From contig JANRJG010000012.1 in NCBI GenBank assembly GCA_033875315.1, forward strand, positions 493 to 64,492: a stretch of DNA of 64,000 bases, written 5' to 3'. The stretch is from Candidatus Methylacidiphilales bacterium. Lineage in GTDB: Bacteria > Verrucomicrobiota > Verrucomicrobiia > Methylacidiphilales > CAZTYG01. The notes under the pieces were generated by a model that ran no database searches, had not been told where the DNA came from, and was given only the letters and a program-made list of their open reading frames with translations. The stretch's first letter is position 1; the number at the start of each line of letters is the position of its first letter. Shown here in pieces: positions 58,503 to 64,000 of this stretch. The translations under genes were made by a program, and so were the position numbers.

Positions 58503-59176
58503 ATCCGGTTCGGGTCATTTTTTTTGATGCCGGCGGGACGTTGATTCACCCGGTCAAACCGGTCGGACATGTGTACGCCGAGGTGGCGCGTCGATTCGGG
58601 GTGGAGGCGGACGGGGACCGGCTTCAGCAGGGTTTCAAGCAGGCTTGGAAGGCGCAGAAACCTCGTGATCCCGTGGCGGCTGCCCGGGTCAGTGATGACC
58701 GGGCCTGGTGGTGCGGGATCGTCCGCCGTGCCTGGGATGGCCAGGAGCCCCCGGCGGATTTCGAAGCCTATTTCGACGCGGTTTACCGTGATTTCGCCGA
58801 GCCATCGCTCTGGTGCGCGTTTCCCGAGGTTGAAGGGGTTGTTGAGCGTTGTGTGAAGTTAGGCTACCGTTGTGCCGTGCTTTCCAACTGGGACCGCCGC
58901 CTGCGCACCACGCTGGCCGGCTTCGCCTGGTCCCGTCACTTTGAGGACCTCCTGATTTCCGCGGAAATCGGTTTTGAAAAACCCCACCCGGGGTTCTTCC
59001 GGGCGGCTGAGGAGCGGCTGGGCATCAAGGCCGGGGAAGCCATCCTTTGGGGGGACGACCCGGTCTGCGACGGGGAGGGGGCCCGGGGCGCCGGCTGGCG
59101 TTCCGCTCTGCTTGACCGACCGAATCGCGACCTGTGCACCCTATTAGAAGAATTGACGGTATCAAATAGGCCTTAA
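58499..59176 (+). CDS. HAD-superfamily hydrolase (subfamily IA)
   Basis: VIFFDAGGTL holds the DxG nucleophile motif. Also VLSNWD, KPHPGFF and GDDPVCDGEGA. The ATG overlaps the folC stop (ATGA). Confidence 0.8.
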   Translation: MNPVRVIFFDAGGTLIHPVKPVGHVYAEVARRFGVEADGDRLQQGFKQAWKAQKPRDPVAAARVSDDRAWWCGIVRRAWDGQEPPADFEAYFDAVYRDFAEPSLWCAFPEVEGVVERCVKLGYRCAVLSNWDRRLRTTLAGFAWSRHFEDLLISAEIGFEKPHPGFFRAAEERLGIKAGEAILWGDDPVCDGEGARGAGWRSALLDRPNRDLCTLLEELTVSNRP

Positions 59177-59271
59177 TAATTGGCTGCACCTCGCAGGCAG
59201 GCTTTGACAACGGGCAAGTAAAATTTAACGTCTCTTATCACCAACCCCCGGCCAACTATTAGTCCACCTTT

Positions 59272-59955
59272 ATGAAAGCGTTCTTCCAGATCCTCACTTC
59301 TTCCCTTGGGAAGAAATACATCATGGCGATCACCGGCTTCGGATTGGTGGGTTTCGTCATCATCCACATGCTGGGGAATCTGCAGATCTTCCTCGGAGCG
59401 GAAACGCTCAACACCTACGCCAAGCTGCTCAAGTCCAGTGCCGAAGTCCTCTGGGGCTTCCGCCTGGGCCTCCTCGGCATGGCGGTATTGCACATCGTTT
59501 GTGCCATCTCCCTGGTCCTGGACAACCGCCGCGCCCGCCCGGCCGGATACGTCAAGGAACGCAACCTTTCCAGCTGGGCCTCCCGCACCATGATCGTCAG
59601 CGGCCTCATTGTCTCGGCCTTTGTCATCTACCACATCCTCCATTTCACCGTCCAAGTCACCGACCCGAGCTACCAGAACCTCACCACCGAGCTGCACGGC
59701 CAGGAAGTGCATGATGTCTACCGCATGGTCATCCAGGGCTTCAGCAACCCCTACATCTCCGCTTTTTACATCCTTTCCGTCGGGCTCCTCTCCTGGCACC
59801 TCAGCCACGGCATTTCCAGCATGTTCCAGTCCATCGGCCTGCGCAACCAGCGCTCCGCCCGCTTGCTCGACCTCATCGCCCTGGGACTCTCCACCCTCAT
59901 CTTCCTCGGCATGTCCTCCGTGCCGGCCGCCGTGTTGTTGAAAATCGTCAGCTAG
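59272..59955 (+). CDS. sdhC: Succinate dehydrogenase/fumarate reductase cytochrome b subunit (b558 type)
   Basis: 227 aa with 5 TMs. It starts [37 protein letters not shown] and the His ligands sit in TM helices, as in single-subunit b558 anchors. Confidence 0.85.
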   Translation: MKAFFQILTSSLGKKYIMAITGFGLVGFVIIHMLGNLQIFLGAETLNTYAKLLKSSAEVLWGFRLGLLGMAVLHIVCAISLVLDNRRARPAGYVKERNLSSWASRTMIVSGLIVSAFVIYHILHFTVQVTDPSYQNLTTELHGQEVHDVYRMVIQGFSNPYISAFYILSVGLLSWHLSHGISSMFQSIGLRNQRSARLLDLIALGLSTLIFLGMSSVPAAVLLKIVS

Positions 59956-59966
59956 AAAGCCCCGCC

Positions 59967-61883
59967 ATGTCCCTCCAAAGCAAAACACCTCCCGGTCCGC
60001 TCTCCCAGAAATGGGACCGCTTCAAACAGGACAGCAAGCTGGTTGCCCCCAACAACAAGCGTAAGTACAAGATCATCGTCGTCGGCACCGGACTGGCCGG
60101 CGCTTCCGCCGCCGCCTCGCTGGCCGAACTCGGCTACCAGGTCCACTGCTTCACCTACCACGACAGCCCCCGCCGCGCCCACAGCGTGGCCGCCCAGGGC
60201 GGGATCAATGCGGCCAAGAATTACCAGAACGACGGCGACAGCGTCCACCGGCTCTTCTATGACACCATCAAGGGCGGTGACTTCCGCGCCCGCGAGGCCA
60301 ACGTCTACCGCCTGGCCCAGGTCAGCGTAAACATCATCGACCAGTGCGCCGCCCAGGGCGTGCCCTTCGCACGCGAATATGGCGGACTCCTGGCCAACCG
60401 TTCTTTCGGCGGCGCCCAGGTCTCCCGCACCTTCTACGCCCGCGGCCAGACCGGACAGCAGTTGCTCCTCGGTGCCTACCAGGCCCTTGAACGCCAAATC
60501 GGCCTCGGCACCGTCCAGATGTTCTGCCGCCACGAAATGGTCGAACTCGTGGTCGTCAACGGCCATGCCAAGGGCATCATCACCCGCAACCTCGTCACCG
60601 GGGCCATCGAGTCCCATGCCGCCGATGCCGTCATCCTCGCCACCGGTGGCTACGGCAACTGCTGGTACCTCTCCACCTACGGACGCCTTTCCAACGTCAC
60701 CGCCACCTGGCGCGCCCACAAAAAAGGCGCCTTTTTCGCCAACCCCTGCTACGCCCAGATCCACCCCACCTGCATCCCGGTCAGCGGCGACTACCAGTCC
60801 AAGCTCACCCTCATGTCCGAGTCCCTCCGCAACGACGGCCGGGTCTGGGTCCCCAAGAAAAAGGAAGACTGCGACAAACCCCCGGCCTCCATCCCCGAAG
60901 CCGACCGCGACTACTACCTCGAACGCAAATACCCCAGCTACGGCAACCTCGCCCCCCGCGACATCTCCTCCCGTGCGGCCAAGGAAGCCTGCGATGACGG
61001 CCGCGGTGTCGGCCCGGGCAAGCTTGGTGTTTACCTCGACTTCGCCGACGCCATCAAACGCCTCGGCCGCCACACCATCGAGGAGCGTTACGGCAACCTC
61101 TTCGACATCTACAAGGAAATCACCGGCGAAAACGCCTACGACGCCCCCATGCGCATCTACCCCGCCATCCACTACACCATGGGCGGCCTCTGGGTGGATT
61201 ACGAATTGATGAGCAACCTGCCCGGGCTGTTCGTCCTCGGCGAAGCCAACTTCTCCGACCACGGGGCCAACCGCCTCGGCGCCAGCGCCCTCATGCAGGG
61301 TCTGGCCGACGGTTACTTCGTCATCCCTTACACCATCAACAACTACCTCGCCTCCGTCGGCCCGGGCAAATGCCCGAAGAACGACGCCCCCGAATTCCAA
61401 CAGGCCCTCCAGGCCAGCCGGGACCTGACCAACAGGTTCCTCGCCACCAAGGGCACCCGCACCGTCAATTCCTTCCACAAGGAACTGGGCAAGATCATGT
61501 GGGACTACTGCGGCATGGCCCGCGACAAGGCCGGACTCGAGAAAGCCCTCCAACTCATCCCCGCCCTGCGCGAGGAATTCTGGAAAACCGTCAACGTCCC
61601 CGGCGACAACGAGGAAATCAACCAGGCCCTGGAAAAAGCCGGGCGCGTGGCCGATTTCCTCGAACTGGGCGAACTCATCGTGCGCGACGCCCTGGCCCGC
61701 GGCGAATCCTGCGGCGGCCACTTCCGCACCGAATTCCAGACCGAGGACGGCGAGGCCCTGCGCAATGACGAGGAATACTCCTACGTCGCCGCCTGGGAAT
61801 ACGGCAACGGCTCCGGTCCCAAGCTGCACAAGGAAGCCATCGTTTACGAAGAAACCAAGATGACCCAGAGGAGCTACAAGTAA
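59967..61883 (+). CDS. sdhA: Succinate dehydrogenase/fumarate reductase flavoprotein subunit
   Basis: [12 protein letters not shown] (FAD fold), SVAAQGG (covalent His region), HYTMGG, and [10 protein letters not shown]. Confidence 0.95.
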   Translation: MSLQSKTPPGPLSQKWDRFKQDSKLVAPNNKRKYKIIVVGTGLAGASAAASLAELGYQVHCFTYHDSPRRAHSVAAQGGINAAKNYQNDGDSVHRLFYDTIKGGDFRAREANVYRLAQVSVNIIDQCAAQGVPFAREYGGLLANRSFGGAQVSRTFYARGQTGQQLLLGAYQALERQIGLGTVQMFCRHEMVELVVVNGHAKGIITRNLVTGAIESHAADAVILATGGYGNCWYLSTYGRLSNVTATWRAHKKGAFFANPCYAQIHPTCIPVSGDYQSKLTLMSESLRNDGRVWVPKKKEDCDKPPASIPEADRDYYLERKYPSYGNLAPRDISSRAAKEACDDGRGVGPGKLGVYLDFADAIKRLGRHTIEERYGNLFDIYKEITGENAYDAPMRIYPAIHYTMGGLWVDYELMSNLPGLFVLGEANFSDHGANRLGASALMQGLADGYFVIPYTINNYLASVGPGKCPKNDAPEFQQALQASRDLTNRFLATKGTRTVNSFHKELGKIMWDYCGMARDKAGLEKALQLIPALREEFWKTVNVPGDNEEINQALEKAGRVADFLELGELIVRDALARGESCGGHFRTEFQTEDGEALRNDEEYSYVAAWEYGNGSGPKLHKEAIVYEETKMTQRSYK

Positions 61884-62674
61884 TGAACGTCACCCTTCGC
61901 GTCTGGCGCCAGGAAGCCAACGGAAACGGCAGCACGGGCCGCTTCGAGGAGTACCAGGCCAAAAACCTGAACCCCAACATGTCGTTTTTGGAAATGCTCG
62001 ACACCGTCAACGAGGACCTGACCCTCGACGGCAAGGAACCCATCGCTTTCGAGCACGACTGCCGCGAAGGCATCTGCGGCAGTTGCTCCTGCATGATCAA
62101 CGGCGAGCCCCACGGCCCCGAGGACCGCGTGGCCACCTGCCAGACCTACATGCGCAGCTTCCAGGACGGCGACACCATCACCGTCGAGCCCTTCCGTTCC
62201 CGCGCCTTTCCCGTACTCAAGGATCTTATCGTCGACCGATCGGCCTTTGATCGCATCATCCAGTCCGGCGGGTTCATCTCCGCCCGCACCGGTTCCGCCC
62301 CCGACGCCAACGCCATCCCCGTGCCCAAGACCGCGGCCGACACCGCCATGGACGCCGCCCAATGCATCGGCTGCGGAGCCTGCGTGGCCGCGTGCAAGAA
62401 CGGTTCCGCCATGCTTTTTGTCTCGGCCAAGGTCACCCACCTCAACGTCCTGCCCCAGGGCCAAGCCGAAAAAGACGCCCGTGTCCTCGGCATGGTCGAG
62501 CGTATGGACGCCGAAGGCTTCGGGAATTGCAGCAATACCTACGCCTGCGAAGCCGTCTGCCCCAAAGGCATCAGCGCCGACTTCATCGGCCGCATGAACC
62601 GCGATTACGCCATCGCCGCCCTCCGCACCAAGCTCCTCGGCCGCCCCCTTGTCACTGCGGACGATGCCGGCTAG
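61883..62674 (+). CDS. sdhB: Succinate dehydrogenase/fumarate reductase iron-sulfur subunit
   Basis: CREGICGSC (2Fe-2S), [11 protein letters not shown] (4Fe-4S), CEAVCPK (3Fe-4S). The ATG overlaps the sdhA stop (TAATG). Confidence 0.95.
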   Translation: MNVTLRVWRQEANGNGSTGRFEEYQAKNLNPNMSFLEMLDTVNEDLTLDGKEPIAFEHDCREGICGSCSCMINGEPHGPEDRVATCQTYMRSFQDGDTITVEPFRSRAFPVLKDLIVDRSAFDRIIQSGGFISARTGSAPDANAIPVPKTAADTAMDAAQCIGCGACVAACKNGSAMLFVSAKVTHLNVLPQGQAEKDARVLGMVERMDAEGFGNCSNTYACEAVCPKGISADFIGRMNRDYAIAALRTKLLGRPLVTADDAG

Positions 62675-62745
62675 CCGCCGGATGTCGGATGCCGGAATAC
62701 GGCCAACCACTGATACGCCAGATACTTTCGAGTAGGCTACCATTT

Positions 62746-62836
62746 GCCTTACGGGAGGGCGAAGCTCCTGCTGAGCCGCCTTTGGAGCAATGGTATCCAA
62801 TCGGCTTATCCCGCGAATTGCGGGGCTCAGCCCCCT
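62746..62836. repeat. Family A hairpin element, copy 3 (variant right arm)
   Basis: GCCTTACGGGAGGGCGAAGCTCCTGCTGAGCCGCCTTTGGAG...GCGGGGCTCAGCCCCC. The left arm is nearly identical to copies 1 and 2. Confidence 0.75.
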
Positions 62837-62882
62837 GATCCCAACGCAATCATCCATCTCAAATCATCAATCATAAATTCAT

Positions 62883-63704
62883 ATGCCCTTTCTTCTCGCA
62901 TTCCTCGTCGCGTCCATGGTTGCTTGCCTCCCGCTCCAGGCCGCGCCCGCCCCGGATTTCCTCAACGCGCCCCTCTGGGATGGCGGAAAAGCCGAGCTGA
63001 CGCTCTATCAGGCCAGGGAAATCCGTTACGGCACCGCGCGCGACTGCGAAGTGCGCCTCATCACAGTCAAAGAACCCTGGAACGACCGCCTCGGCGTCAA
63101 GGCCGATGGGAATGGCGACCGGGAAGTCATCAAGCTCAACCAGATCGTCTCCGTCCCAACCGGCACCTATCGTTACGAGCAAATGCACTCCCTGTTTCTC
63201 GACCGCAAGACCGGCCGTGCCTTGAAATTCTCCTACAGCCACCACGATGCCTGCGGCAACACCTTCAAGATGGGACGCTTTCTTGACAACATCCTCACCT
63301 TCACCTGGCACACCTACTGGGATGGGGAAGGGGATGGCGTGCAAAACCTGCCGTGGTCTGAAACCACCCATCTCTACGAGGAACTGCCCCTGCGGGTGCG
63401 GATGTGGGCGTCGGAGGGGAAAGTGGATCCGAGTCAAATCACCCTCCTCAACCCACAAATGAACAGCCGCCTCGGTAAACCCGCCACCGCCACGGCACGG
63501 GTGCAGGTTTCTGCCGCCGGCGGAGAATTCCACTACACCGTCACCCATGACAACGGGAAAGACCTGCTCGTCGTGGATAACGCCTTTCCCCACACCCTGC
63601 GATCGTGGACCCGTGCCGATGGAGCCACCTGGACCCTGCGTAAAACCCTCATGCTCGACTACTGGAACAAAAATCAGAGCGGCGATGAGAAATGGTTGAA
63701 ATAG
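62883..63704 (+). CDS. Hypothetical secreted protein (273 aa)
   Basis: Signal peptide MPFLLAFLVASMVACLPLQA followed by a beta-rich body. Codon usage looks like that of its neighbours. I recognise no family. Confidence 0.5.
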   Translation: MPFLLAFLVASMVACLPLQAAPAPDFLNAPLWDGGKAELTLYQAREIRYGTARDCEVRLITVKEPWNDRLGVKADGNGDREVIKLNQIVSVPTGTYRYEQMHSLFLDRKTGRALKFSYSHHDACGNTFKMGRFLDNILTFTWHTYWDGEGDGVQNLPWSETTHLYEELPLRVRMWASEGKVDPSQITLLNPQMNSRLGKPATATARVQVSAAGGEFHYTVTHDNGKDLLVVDNAFPHTLRSWTRADGATWTLRKTLMLDYWNKNQSGDEKWLK

Positions 63705-63717
63705 AGCGTTACGAAGG

Positions 63718-63782
63718 GGATTGGCTGTTGGCTCTTAGCTGATGGCTGGTTGTAAAGTCATCAATCTCCCATCAAAAAATCT
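63718..63782. repeat. Heptamer-periodic tract (GATTGGC TGTTGGC TCTTAGC TGATGGC TGGTTGT ...) plus an ATCATCAATC-type unit
   Basis: It starts 14 nt after the stop of the 62883-63704 gene. It is the reverse-complement flavour of the GCTATCA/GCTGTCA tract at 37306. Confidence 0.65.
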
Positions 63783-64000
63783 GAGATTCTCGCGAAGCCC
63801 AGTCTTATCGCCCATCTCCAGAACTGGCACAGTTGCCTGTATGTTGAGATTGGGCCAACGTTGGCAAGATACGAAAGTTATGGCCGAGGTGAATAAAAGG
63901 AATCTGCGGATAGGTGGGGAGCGATCCCCATAACCCGCGCATATCAGCCTAAGCCAAACCAGCGGACACGAAAGTCACCCGCTCCTCTGGCTCCGCCGCC

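Noticed and set aside
63880-64000. A possible tRNA or small RNA at the extreme 3' end (GGCGGCGGAGCCAGAGGAGCGGG on the minus strand)
   Set aside because: I could trace no cloverleaf, T-loop (GTTCRANYC) or anticodon arm, and the sequence runs off the window, so it cannot be supported.

Overview
High-GC 64-kb window (about 60-65% GC by eye) with roughly 60 credible protein genes. I recognised no rRNA, tRNA, CRISPR array or transposase; the only recombinase is a 3' fragment of xerC. All family names come from motif recall while reading the translations, because no BLAST or HMM search could be run. The window reads as two different genomic contexts. (1) Positions 1 to about 9.5 kb look proteobacterial. 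They hold the xerC 3' end and rlmI, then a zinc-homeostasis island: a DUF1826-like gene, zur, a ZIP permease, a zrgABCDE-like set (DUF2796 protein, MacB/FtsX-type ABC pump, two tandem DUF3299 genes), a His-rich COG0523 GTPase and a tightly coupled WD40 propeller. Three copies of a GCAAY-N3-RTTGC palindrome sit where Zur operators are expected. (2) Positions about 10 to 64 kb are a housekeeping backbone that I associate with Verrucomicrobia/PVC genomes. Genes include dcd, valS, an lptF/G-family permease, ffh, rpsP-KH-trmD-rplS, rnhB-yraN, rluA-like, rlmN, sucAB, hemB, cysS, thrS, nadC, sua5, gltB, tlyA-nadK, accA/accD, folC and sdhCAB. Accessory inserts in this part are a minimal exosortase-EpsI/PEP-CTERM sorting module, a yajQ plus CHASE2 class III cyclase operon, a low-GC GH128 glycosidase islet, an orphan mcsA-like gene plus an FmdB zinc ribbon, and a frameshifted comF. 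Almost every intergenic gap in part 2 carries members of several interspersed repeat families, including hairpin elements and heptanucleotide-periodic tracts, two of which run inside valS and sucB. None of these repeats occurs in part 1. The most interesting leads are the context break itself (chimera versus cross-phylum zinc island), the COG0523-WD40 pair, the SBP-less MacB-type zinc cluster, the dedicated exosortase module with a Glu-less sorting signal, and the heptamer-repeat system. I see no clear-cut novel multi-gene system such as a defence island.
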